From: Chiloscyllium plagiosum
Lineage: Eukaryota
Reading direction: 5' to 3'
Assembly (NCBI RefSeq): GCF_004010195.1
Contig: NC_057719.1
Span: forward strand, 79,997,080 to 80,052,639
DNA: 55,560 nt
Every line of letters begins with the position of its first letter. Within the stretch, counting starts at the first letter, position 1. Under the pieces are notes generated by a model, which was not told the origin of the DNA, searched no databases, and saw only the letters and a list, made by a program, of their open reading frames with translations. This document shows positions 11,331 to 23,339 of this stretch, piece after piece. Made by a program: the position numbers and the translations under genes.

Positions 11331-12309
11331 GACAGCCATTTGCTGGCATTCTGACCAAACTCCACTAACTGTTGGCTCAACGGCTTTTGTAGGAACTGTC
11401 TGCAAACAGCTTCTCACTGTTCCATTAGATCCGCCCTGAGGATCTTTGGTGAATTTCTGCAGTACATCTTGTAGATAGTACACACTGCTGCTATTGAGCA
11501 CCGGTGGTGGAGGGAGTGGACGCTTGAATCACACACTCATTACCGAGCATTATTTGTGGTTGCTTGCAGTGTGCAAACAATTGCCGCATTTCCTACACTT
11601 CAAAAGTATAGGTTTCACCCAACAGATTTTCAGTCAGTAAGGGGATGAAAGATTATGGGGAAAAGGCAGGAAGGTGGATGATCAAATCAGTCATGAATAA
11701 CAGAGCCAGAATCGATGGGCCGAATGGTCTATTTCTGCTCCTATATCTTATGGTCTAATGTCACTTCTCACAGGTCCAGTGCCATTCTCCAGGTAAGGGG
11801 TGGTGTTCATGTAGATCTGAACATCCTGCATTGATGTCTAATACCATTGAAATTCACCCAGTCCTAGACATGTAATGGAAGATTGATCTTGTCCATTCAT
11901 TTCCATCTGCACTAATTGCGTTTTGATTGCTCCTCTTGTTCAGAATGAACCTTGAAGATAAATAGACTGGCGATTGTGTAGACTTTTTTTTTGTTGAATG
12001 AACTTTAAAAGAAGAGCTAAGTGAATTTCCTAGAAGACTAGGAATGTCCATATTTGATTAGGTATTCACCCGTGACTCGGTACTAACTGTGGCTCCAACG
12101 TCAAATGCTTTGCAGGCGCCTTTTGAATAGTCCATTTGTGTCCCGTTTTTAAAACATTTTGAATGTAAGAACATTATGTAATGTGGCTTGATAGGGCACA
12201 GTTTAAAACTCACATTATAATTTAACTTTAGCTATCCAGCTCACAAAGATCAAATAGAAATTTGCATTTATAGAGTACATTACACAACTTCAGGCTACGA
12301 ATAGGGTAG

Positions 12310-13060
12310 GCAATGATGGGCTCAGTGGTTAGCACTGCTGCCTCACAGCACCAGGGATCTGGGTTCGATTCCATGCTTGGTCAACTGTGTGATGTTTGCA
12401 TGTTCTTCTCGTGTCTGTGAGGGTTTCCTCCAGATGCTCCTCCTGCAGTCCAACGATGTGCAGGTTAGGTGGATTGGCCATGCTAAATTACCCATAGCAT
12501 CCAACAATGTGCAGGTTAGGTGGATTGCCCATGCTAAATTACCCATAGCATCCAACGATGTGCAGGTTAGGTGGATTGCCTATGCTAAATTACCCATAGC
12601 ATCCAACAATGTGCAGGTTAGGTGGATTGCCCATGCTAAATTACCCATAGCATCCAACGATGTGCAGGTTAGGTGGATTGGCTATGCTAAATTACCCATA
12701 GCATCCAACGATGTGCAGGTTAGGTGGATTGGCTATGCTAAATTACCCATAGCATCCAACGATGTGCAGGTTAGGTGGATTGGCTATGCTAAATTATCCA
12801 TAGCATCCAACGATGTGCAGGTTAGGTGGATTGGCTATGCTAAATTGCCCATAGCATCCAACGATGTGCAGGTTAGGTGGATTGGCCATGCTAAATTACC
12901 CATAGCATCCAGCGATGTGCAGGTTAGGTGGATTAACCATGGAAATGTAGGATTACAGGGATAGTGTAAGGGGTATTGATCTGGGTGGGATGCTCTTCAA
13001 AGGTTTGATATGGACTCAAGGGGCCGATCAACCCGCTTCCACACCTCAGGGATTCTATGA
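12310..13060 (+). mobile_element. tRNA-derived V-SINE with an internal tandem expansion
   Basis: A-box GGCTCAGTGGTTAGCAC, B-box GGTTCGATTCC and 3' tail CAGGGATTCTATGA. Confidence 0.85.
12449..12934 (+). repeat. Minisatellite, 51-bp unit, about 9.5 copies
   Basis: Unit TCCAACGATGTGCAGGTTAGGTGGATTGGCTATGCTAAATTACCCATAGCA starts at 12449, 12500 and so on to 12908. Confidence 0.97.
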
Positions 13061-13159
13061 AAGGGATTCACAACCCACAAAGTTCTTCTGAAGTGTAGGA
13101 AATGCAGCAATTGTGTGCACACTGGAGGCAACCACAAATAATGCTCCCTAACGAATGTG

Positions 13160-13565
13160 TGATTCAAGCATCTACTCCACCCACCACCAACGTTCTGTAG
13201 CAGCAGTGTGTACTTTCTACAAGATGCCGTGCAGAATTTCACCAAAGATCCTCAGACTGCACCTTCCAAAGCCACAACTACTTCCATCTAGAAGGACAAG
13301 GGTAGCAGAAACATGGAAACACCACCAACTGCAAGTTCCCCTCCTAGCCACTCACCATGCTGACTTGGGAATATATCACTGTTCCTTCAACATCACTGGG
13401 TCAAAATCCTGGAACTCCCTCCCTGATGGCATTGTGGGTTAATCCACTGCATCATGGGCTGCAGTAGTTCAAGAAAGCAACTCACCACCACCTTCTCAAG
13501 GGCAACTAGGGATGGGCAATAAATACTGACCAGCCAGCGACACCCACATCCCACAACTGAATAAA
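13160..13565 (+). mobile_element. 3' end of a CR1/L2-group LINE
   Basis: HHQRSVAAVCTFYKMPCR...GSKSWNSLP, then the tail AAGGGCAACTAGGGATGGGCAATAAAT. A related minus-strand piece lies at about 11400-11590. Confidence 0.75.
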
Positions 13566-14674
13566 TTAATTCCTTATTTTAGTGATGTTACTTAAGGAAT
13601 AAATACCGGACAGGACATGGAACAAAAACCCATGGAAGACATCGAAAACACTGGATGGACAGTGTCACCAGGGACTTGTCCCAGACTGAGAAGACCAGGC
13701 TAGCTCAGAAGTGAAAACAATGGAGTAAATTAATGATACCTGCTGCTGAGGACACGAGTGGAAGTTTTGTAGCAGTATGAGTAGTAACAACTGGTGAGAA
13801 ATAGTTGGCAGGGAGACGTACTTAATTTCATCCCTCTCGAAGTGCGCGGAGTCACTGAATGTGTGTGCCCCACCTTTGCAGCCCCTAACCTTCCACTACT
13901 CCGTCACCACCCGTACCATTACTTGACCTGTCTTACATTCTCCAGATTTACACAGTAAACTAATAGGGCGAACTGGAACCTCTAAAGTTGCGGTCAGATC
14001 TGCTTTTGGAAAAACATATGAACAAATCAATCTGCTCTCAGCTGTGAGATCTGAAACCTGACAGTGTTGGAGCAAAGTGACTGATAGAATTACACTGAAT
14101 CATGGCCAATAGCACTTCAACTCCCGCTCCAACACTGAGAAACAATAGACTATTTGACAGCCAGCTGACTGGGCAACATCTCAGCTGTGTAAACACAGCT
14201 CCGGGCCCAGCAGTCTGAGAGCGGCCTTGGCTTCCCATGGGAATGGTTGCCTCCTCACAGGATATGGGGAAGTGAAGCAACCAGATTAACCCCCAAAGGA
14301 TTGGAAATTTATTCTCGGAGATTGAGCTGATCCAGTTTGATTTGCAACAAAGAGGTCCCTCGATGGATCTACCAGTCCCACAGTTTCGCAAGAACTGAAA
14401 TTCTTTTTGTCTGGGCAGCTTTTGTTTCCACATCTTTTAATGTTTGTTGAAGGGGTTTGGAAAAATTGCTACGTTTGTCTGGTGCAGCTCCAGCAACTCA
14501 CAAGAAGCTCACCAGCAGAGAATCTCTACCGGGTGGAAGCAGGCCATTCAGCCTATCGAGTCCTGATGAAGCAGCTCAACCCGAAACGTTGACTTCTCCA
14601 CCTCCTAATGCTTGGTGTGTCCTTCCAGCCTCCTGTCTGTCTATTTGGCTCATCGAATCCAACCAGGCCTAACC

Positions 14675-14985
14675 CATCTCTGTAACCCTGCATTTCCCAT
14701 GGCCAATCCACCTAACCTGCACATCCCTGGACACTGTGGGACAATTTCCCATGGCCGATCCACCTAACCTGCATAATCATTAGACAGTACAAGTAATTCA
14801 GCATGGCCAATCCACCTAACCTGCACATCTTTGGACTGTGGGAGGAAGCCAGAGCACCCGGAGGAAACCCACAGAGATACAGGGAGAATGTGCAAACTCC
14901 ACACAGACAGGCTCTGTGAAGGCTAGAATCAAACCCAGGTCCCTGATGCTGTGAGGCAGCAGTGCTAACCACTGAGTCACCACTT
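14675..14985 (-). mobile_element. tRNA-derived V-SINE with triplicated central motif
   Basis: Reverse complement of the SINE head (GCAGTGCTAACCACTGAG). CCACCTAACCTGCA occurs three times between 14705 and 14830. Confidence 0.85.
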
Positions 14986-15329
14986 CTTCATCATCATTGG
15001 GGCAAAATCCTGTTACCCTGTTCTCAACGGCACTGTGTAAAAACATAACGCTCGAAATAAGAGCTGGAACTTCCCACTTCCTGGTGAAGGGTTGTTTTCG
15101 GTGAGACTCAGGCTGGATGTCCCGCCATGATCCCTGTCTACCTTTCTCATGTATTTCCTTTACTCTACAGCTCCTTCATTAAGCAGCTGGCCTCTTTACT
15201 GCCCGGCTCAAGGAATTGTGGTGCAGGAGAGGAGGAAGTGCTGACCACTGCTGGGAACTTGTGAGGTTCTGGCCACTGATGCCAAGCTCAAACCCCAGCC
15301 CCCAGCCCCCCAAAAAAGGGGAAATAGGT

Positions 15330-15870
15330 TATGGTGAGCCTGTTAGTTGGACCACGGCTGGGTTACTATGTGCAGTTCTGGTCACCACACTATAGGAGCA
15401 ATGTGATTATAGTAGTGAGGATATTCACCAGGCCGCTGCCTGGGCTGGAGCCATTCAGCTATGAAGAGAGACTAGACAGGATTGGGGTTGATTTCTTTAG
15501 AATAGAAAAGATTGAGGGGGGATCCTGTATGGGGTGTATAAAATCATGATGGGTGTAAATGGAGTTGTTAGGTAGAAACAGTTCCCCTTAATAGTGGAGT
15601 CCATAACCAAGGGGCATAGATTGAAGGTAAGGGACAGAAGATTTGAAGGGGATTTAAGGAAAACATGCTGTGGGTATCTGGAACTCACTGCCTGAAAGGG
15701 CAGTAGTGGCAGGATCCCTTACAACATTTAAGATGTATTTCAATGAGCACTTCAAACACCACAGCTCCAAGTGCTAGAAAATTGTAATGGATATGTTCTT
15801 GATGACCAGCACAGATTATGATGGGCTGAAAGGCCTCTTTCTGTGCTGTAGAACTATGACTACTACTCAG
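15330..15870 (+). mobile_element. CR1 LINE 3' fragment
   Basis: VGPRLGYYVQFWSPHYRSNV...LPGLEPFSYEERLDR. Confidence 0.85.
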
Positions 15871-16256
15871 TCTAACACTGCCACTGCACACACCTCGCAC
15901 CAAGGCCCATGGATAGCCATGAGCTCTCACCATTGCTGCATGTCTGTTCAATGACTCCCTCTTTTGAACTATGAACCTCCCAAAATATGAAACTTTCCTT
16001 CACTCTGAACTTCCTACTCATTCACTAGGGACACCTCAACAGCTCTCCTGCTTCTCTCTCACAAATGAGGCCGGCACTATCTAACCTCAGCTCTACCTCC
16101 ACCTCCGACGAGGAAGTCACTCATCCCTCAGAGAATGCACTGACAAGGCTTTGACCTGTTCCCTCCACCAGCTCAGAGACTTTCTCTTTCCAGATCAGAC
16201 TTGGGAACACAGTTGAGTAAGCACATCATTGCCACATTTCTGCAGCTGCTTCAGAA

Positions 16257-16756
16257 NNNNNNNNNNNNNNNNNNNNNNNNNNNNNNNNNNNNNNNNNNNN
16301 NNNNNNNNNNNNNNNNNNNNNNNNNNNNNNNNNNNNNNNNNNNNNNNNNNNNNNNNNNNNNNNNNNNNNNNNNNNNNNNNNNNNNNNNNNNNNNNNNNNN
16401 NNNNNNNNNNNNNNNNNNNNNNNNNNNNNNNNNNNNNNNNNNNNNNNNNNNNNNNNNNNNNNNNNNNNNNNNNNNNNNNNNNNNNNNNNNNNNNNNNNNN
16501 NNNNNNNNNNNNNNNNNNNNNNNNNNNNNNNNNNNNNNNNNNNNNNNNNNNNNNNNNNNNNNNNNNNNNNNNNNNNNNNNNNNNNNNNNNNNNNNNNNNN
16601 NNNNNNNNNNNNNNNNNNNNNNNNNNNNNNNNNNNNNNNNNNNNNNNNNNNNNNNNNNNNNNNNNNNNNNNNNNNNNNNNNNNNNNNNNNNNNNNNNNNN
16701 NNNNNNNNNNNNNNNNNNNNNNNNNNNNNNNNNNNNNNNNNNNNNNNNNNNNNNNN
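16257..16756. other. Assembly gap (exactly 500 N, likely a scaffolding join)
   Basis: Round-number N run with unrelated sequence on each side. Confidence 0.95.
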
Positions 16757-17089
16757 GAGGTCCTGCACTTGACTCTGTCAGGGTGAGACCACATACAACT
16801 CATCAGCAACTTGCATTCCTATGGTGCCTAAGTCGAGAATTGGATATTTCTTTGAAGAGAATGAAAAATCTTGCAGGGTTGCAGGGAAAAGGGAGGGGAG
16901 TGACATGAATTGAGTTGCTCTTGCAGAGATCTGGAACAGTGATGATGGGCTGAATGGTCCCGTATTGCACAGTAATCATTCTAGGATCCCATGAGAAGCA
17001 TCCCAAGCTGTTTCACTGGAACATTCGCAAATTGACATGGAGCCAAAGTTGGAGATATTAGGACTAATAATAATAAAAAAGGTGCGCTT

Positions 17090-18240
17090 GATTTGATTTA
17101 TTATTGTTACGTACCTAAGCACGGTGAAATGTTTTGTTTTATGTGCAGTAAAGGCAGATCATTCCATACAGAGTGCATTAGGGTAATAGAACAGAACAAA
17201 AAATACAAAGTTACAGCTGTGAAAGAAGGTGCACAAAGAGCGAGATTAACATTAAACTTTAAAATCCACTCAGAAGTCTGATAACAGTGCAGTAGAAGCT
17301 GTTCATAAATCTGTTGGTACATGTGTTTAAGCTTTTGTATCTTCTGCCTGTCAGATCATAACCAGGGTTGAAGGGGTCTTTGATTATGTTAGCTGCCTTC
17401 CCGAGCAAGAAGTATAGATGGACTCAATGGATGGCAGGTTGGTTTGTGTGATGGACTGGGCTGCGTTCACAACTCTCTGTAGTTTCTTAAGGCCCCGTGC
17501 AGAGCAGTTGCCATATCAAGCTTCTGGGTAGAATGCTTTCTATCGTGCATCTATAAAACTTGGTGAGAGTCTTTACAGACATGCCAAATTTCGTCAGCCT
17601 CCTAAGGAAATAAAGGCGTTGTTGCGACTACTTGACCATAACATCAACGTGGGTGAACCAGATTGTTGGTGAACATCATTTGTAGGAACTTGACGCTATC
17701 AACCAAGTCTGTCTCACCACCATCAATAGGGGTGTGCCCTCCACTCTGATTCGTGAAGTTATTGACCAGATTTTTCATCTTGCTGATTTTGAGGAAGAGA
17801 TTATCCTGTTTGTATTATGTCACCAAATGCACCACCTCTTTCCTGTATTCTGTCTTGTCATTTAGATTATATTACATTACATTACAGTGTGGAAACAGGC
17901 CCTTCGGCCCAACAAGACCACTCCGACCCGCCGAAGCGTAACCCACCCATACCCCTACATTTACCCCTTACCTAACACTACGGACGATTTAGCATGGCCA
18001 ATTCACCTGACCTGCACATCTTTGGACTGTGGGAGGAAACCGGAGCACCCGGAGGAAACCCACGCAGACACGGGGAGAACGTGCAAACTCCAGTCAGTCA
18101 CCTGAGGCGGGAATTGAACCCAGGTCTCTGGCGCTGTGAGGCAGCAGTGCTAACCACTGTGCCACCGTGCCGCCCATGTTTGAGACATGGCCGACAACGG
18201 TCATGTCATCAGTGAACTTGCAGATAGAGTTTGGACTCAT
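17090..18240 (-). mobile_element. Decayed Rex1/Babar LINE, interrupted by a SINE
   Basis: The reverse complement of about 17580-17630 reads SQQRLYFLRRLTKFGM, homologous to the + strand Rex1 motif at about 20680. A (TTGAT)n-like tail lies at about 17088. Confidence 0.7.
17866..18175 (-). mobile_element. Young full-length V-SINE (HE1-like)
   Basis: Reverse complement begins GGGCGGCACGGTGGCACAGTGGTTAGCACTGC. (ATTAC)n tail. Nearly identical to 47773-48093. Confidence 0.93.
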
Positions 18241-18814
18241 CATGAATTAAATACAGAAAAACCAGTCTGAGAGAGGAAATTAGAATTTATACTGCATGGG
18301 AAGAGTGTGCTGATTGATTGGATTCTGCTTGATCAGAAAGTGCAGCCAAGAACTGCTAACTGTCAATTTTAGTTCCCTGATCCTATTTAAATCAGTCAAA
18401 TTGACTTTGATTGGTCAGGGCACTATTCTGGAAAGGTAGCAAAAATTGTCTGTCACCATAGCCTTTCTCTCATTGATAAAGGTGCAATGTATGGCCATAT
18501 TCCTTTACCCCACATAAAAGAGGACTAGCTGTATGAATACTTGTGGCTTTTAGCATCTTTCAAGCCTGACTGATAATCTTAAATAAGTTTGGAGTGGCAT
18601 TAACAACACAGTGGGATTGTTTACTAAATGCTGTCCAATAGCAGAATCTCATGTGGATCAATTCCCTCATGTAGTGAAATGGCAGATCTCAGATGGAATG
18701 GCAGAAAAGATGGCTCAACCTCCTGGAAAAGGAAGGCAATTTTAAATAATGAAATAAGGGATGATACTGGCTTCCACCAAGGAGAGAATGTCTCTGAATT
18801 CCAGCTGGGAAAAT

Positions 18815-19414
18815 AAAGTCATTGAGATGTACAGCATGGAAACAGACCATTCGCTCTATCTTGTCCATGCTGACCAGATCGAAATTAATCTAGTCCCATT
18901 TGCCAGCACTTGGCCCCTATCCCTCTCAACCCGTCCTATTCATGTACCCATCCAGATGCCTTTTAAATGTTGAAATTGTACGAGCCTTCACCACTTCCTC
19001 TGGCAGCTCATTCCATACACGCACCACCCTCTGGGTGAAAAAGTTACCCCTTAGGTCCCTTTTGAAATCTTTGCCCTCTCACGTTAAATCTATGCTCTCT
19101 AGTTTTGGACTCTGCTACCTTGGGGAAAAGACTCTGGCTATTTATCCTATCCAAGCCCCTGATGATGATATAAACCTCTAAAAGGTCACCCCTCAGCCTC
19201 TGACACTCCAGGGGAAATAGCCCCAGTCTATTTAGCCTGTCCCTATAGCTCAAACTCTCCAAACCCGGCAATATGCTTGTAAATCTTTTCTGAACTTTTT
19301 CAAGTTTGTAACATCCTTACTATAGCAGGGAGACCAGAATTGAACACAGTATTTCAAAAATGACCTGATCAACGGCCTGAACATGACATCCCAACCCTTA
19401 TACTCAATGCAAAT
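18815..19414 (-). mobile_element. CR1 LINE 3' fragment
   Basis: LKYCVQFWSPCYSKDV and MPGLESLSYRDRLNRLGLFPLECQRLRGDL. Confidence 0.9.
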
Positions 19415-21235
19415 ACAGAACCTGCTAAAAACCAGGCACAAGGCCTTCAGATCAGGAGACCCACTCATATATACGGAATCCAAGTACGACCTTCGCAGAG
19501 TCATTAAGACAACCAAGGACCAATATTGATCCAAACTAGAGACCCAGACAGACACCCAGCGACTATGGCAACGACTGAATGACATCACAAGTTCTAAAAA
19601 GAGACAGTGCAAGATAGCAGACAATGACACATTCCTCCCAGAACATCTCAATGGCTTCTATGGTTGTATTGAGCAGAATTTCAGCGGAGAGGTAACACCT
19701 ATTCCGACAAGTCCTGATGAACCTATCCCAACGGTCACTGCATCATAGGTCAGATCAGTTTTCCTTCATGTGAATCCAAGGAAAGCAATGGGACCAGATG
19801 AAGTATCAGACCGTGCACTCAGAGCATGCGTAGACCAACTGGCATCTTCAACCTCTCCCTGCAGCAGACCACTGTCCCTGTCTGTTTCAAGAGACCCAAC
19901 ATCATCCCTGTGCCTAAGAGGGCTCATGCAGCATGTCTCAATGATTGCAGCCCAGTGGCCCTAACTTCAGTGGTCATGAAGTGCTTTGAAAGGCTGGTCA
20001 TGGCATTGATCAAGTCCAGCCTCCCCATTCCTTGACCCATTCCAATTTGCCTATTGGACCAACAGATCCATGTCAGATGCCATATCACTTGCCCTTCACT
20101 CCTCCCTAGAACATCTTGTCACCAAGAATCCTACTCATTGACTACAGTTCAGATTCAACACTATTATCCCCTCAAGACTGATTACTAAACTTAGTGATCT
20201 CGGACTAAGTCCCACTCTCTACAACTGGATCCTCAGTTTCCTGACCCACAGGCCACAATCAGTGAAGATTGGGGACAATATTTCATCCTCACTAACACTC
20301 AACACTGGAGCCCCCCAGGGGTGAGTACCCGGCCCCCTACTGTACTCACTGGAGACCCGTGACTGCGTCACCAAATACCAGGCTAATGCCATTTACAAGT
20401 TCGCTGATGACACCACCATAGTCAATCGAATCTCAGATGACAGTGAAACAGGCTATAGAAGGAGGTGGAAGACCTGGAAAAGTGGTGCACTGAGAACAAC
20501 CTAGCTCTCAATGCCGGCAAAACCAAATAACTCATTGTTGACTTTCGGTAGGATGTTACTCATGTCTCCCTACATATAACAGCACAGAGGTGGATCAAGT
20601 GGAAAGTGTCAAGCTCCTGGGAGTGGTCATCCACAACAAGCTTTCTTGGACTCTTCATGTGAACACACTGGTTACAAAGGCCCAACAACATCTCTTCTTC
20701 CTCAGGCATCTGAGGAAATTTGGCATGGCGGCGAATATCCTTACCAACTTTTATAGGTGCGCGAACAAGAGCATTCTGTCTGGATGTATCACTACCTGGT
20801 ATGGCAACTGTACCATTCAAGATCGGAGACGGTTACAGAGAGTGGTGAACTCGGCCCAGACAATCACAAAGGCCAACCTCCCATCTAAAGAATCCATCTA
20901 CCAGACCCACTGTCAAGGAAAGGCCAGCATTCTTAAAGATCCATCCCACCCCGGCAATGCTTTTCTTCAACCTCTACCATTGGGGAGAAGGTACAGAAGC
21001 CTGAACACATGCACCAGCCGGTTTCAAAACAGTTTCTACCCTACTGATGTTAGAATACTGAATGGACTCACAAACTCTTAATATTCGCCTGTACCTATGT
21101 TTTTGTTTTTGCCACTGTTTACCTATTATTTACTTATCTTTGCTGCTTTACTTTGTGATCTGCCTGTATTGCTCGCAAATCAAAGTTTTCACTGTGCCTC
21201 AGTACACGTGACAATAAATTCAATTCAATTCAATG
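19415..21235 (+). mobile_element. Rex1/Babar LINE, 5'-truncated and frameshifted
   Basis: Motifs [69 protein letters not shown] and GRRYRSL. Tail AATAAA(TTCAA)n. Candidate TSD CAATGCAAAT at 19405-19414 and 21236-21245. Confidence 0.9.
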
Positions 21236-21335
21236 CAATGCAAATGATTGAGCTCCCTGAGTGAATGGTTTGCTTACACTCATTTCTGAATTCAGGCTAA
21301 GAGAATTTAAACTAGGCACCTGGTAAAGCACTACG

Positions 21336-21852
21336 CAAAAGTGAGGACTGCAGATGCTGGAAGCCAGAGTTTAGATCAGAGTGGTGCTGGAAAAGTGGGC
21401 CTCCTCCACCGCCGCTCCCTCACCACCCGACACCTGGAGGAAGAACGCTCATCTTCCGCCTCAGAACACTTCAACCCTGGGCATCTATGTGGACTTCACC
21501 AGTTTCCTCATTTCCCCTACCCCCACCTTACCTCAGTTCCAACCTTCCAGCTCAGCACTGTCCCCATGACCTGTTCTACCTGCCAATCTCCCTTCCCACC
21601 TATCAACTCCACCCTCCCCTCTGACCTATCACCTCCATTCCCATTCACCTATTGTACTCTTTGCTACCTTCTCCTCAGCCCCCACCCCTCCCCATTTATC
21701 CCTCCATCCTGGAGGCTTCCTGTCTCTATTGTTGATGAAGGGCCTTTCCCCGAAACGTTGATTTTCCAGATCCTGGAAAAGCACAGCAGATCAGGCAGCA
21801 TCCGAGGGGCAGGAGAATTGACGTTTCATGTATAAGCCCTTCATCAGGAATC
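21336..21852. mobile_element. Nested, oppositely oriented PLE 3' fragments
   Basis: A minus-strand pLTR (AAAGTGAGGACTGCAGATGCTGG...GCCCTTCATCAGG) is interrupted by a + strand PLE 3' part (RHLEEER...; TTGATGAAGGGCCTTTCCCCGAAAC). Confidence 0.75.
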
Positions 21853-23339
21853 CTTGTAGAGAGAGGAGCAGAGTCTCTTCAAGGTATGCATCCTATATAT
21901 TGGAGACAACTATGGAATTGTACACAACGGTGTGCTGAAACCTTGAAGTGAGAGAGAGAATAATGGAAGAGCAGATCAATTAGAATTATCAACCTACGTG
22001 AACTGGCAGACAGATGCAAACCAACTGCAGTTTCATTGCATAGATGTCAATCTCTCCAGGTCTTAGCCTAACAGGTCTGTGCATTCCTGACCTGAAAGGT
22101 GAGGTTTGTGGAATATCCTGTCTACTCTGAATGCTTTCATCATCATGATGACGGTTATTGGTTGCTCAGTCAAACTTACTAGTGTCAGCTACAGCTCCCC
22201 ACCTCGCAATTAAAGTACTGTTCCACAAAATCCAGGCTGCCCCTCTGGGCCATAGGGGAAACTGTCCTCTGGATGACTTAACAAAGCAAGTGTCTGCCCT
22301 TTTGTGAAATATCCCAGAGCACCCTTCATCAGAGAGCATGGTCATTCTGCATGGTGTACCCTCAATCAATATAATCCAAAGAGATGTTCATATTGCTGTA
22401 CACAGAAACGTACTGTGCACAGCTTGTTTCCCATATTGCAATGGTCACCACATTTGCTTTTCATTGGCTGCAGAGTGTGGAATAGTCTTCAGTGTAGCAT
22501 TGCTGAGCCATGGAACCTACAAGAGGTTGTGGTGGAGTTGGTACTTTCTGGATGATTGAGCTACGAGCAGCTAGCCAGCGTTCCCCATCTCCATCTCGCC
22601 TTCACCTAACACTTCGCAAGTGTCTGAGAGCTGGAAGCAATGCCATGCCTTAGACTTTTCTCAGCTTCACGAACACTCTTGGCCTCTGAAACAGAAGAAA
22701 ACAGGCTCAAACGCCACAAAATTAGCCAACGGTTTCCTCCCACAGTCCAAAACTGTGTGAGTTGGCTGGATTGGCCATGCAATGGAATTAGAAATGCAGG
22801 GTTACGGGGGAGGGTAAAGGGGTGGTGCTGAGTGGGATGCTGTTTGGAGGGTCGCTGGGCTTGATGGGCTGAGTGGGCATGCTTCCACTCTGTAGGAATT
22901 CTATGATTAGCATAGACTATTTACATCTGGGAGCCATGCAGAAAGGACACTAATATTTATGTGTTTAACAGGTTTTATTTGCCGCTTTAAAATGTCTGCT
23001 CCATGTGCACATCTCCAGCTGCAGGCATCTTCTATAATTCATTTATTTTGCTTCACACTCAAACCGACTGAGAGTCAATAGTGAACAGCCTCACATAGTT
23101 AAACACGGTGCAGTCAAACACTGTAGTCCTGAAGTGGTGAAAGGTGCTACAAAAATGTATGTCATTGTGATTCCTGCTGGAAAATATATGTGTAAGGGTG
23201 ATATGTATGGAGGCCTAGATGAATCTCAACTTTATTTGCAGGCACCTGAATGGCTGCCTGGCTGATGCACTGGAGAGCAATGGACAGCTGCTCCATGCAC
23301 AGAGGGGCCAAAGGAACCTACAGCCACAACAAAAACATT

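Noticed and set aside
11213..11961. Two phase-compatible minus-strand exon candidates (about 11858-11961 and ending near 11308)
   Set aside because: The peptide is unrecognisable, and the second candidate lies antisense within a decayed PLE, so chance splice-like motifs are likely.
12449..12934. Possible CRISPR-like array or repeat-protein gene
   Set aside because: Units are contiguous with no unique spacers, the context is eukaryotic, and the sequence is clearly SINE-derived.
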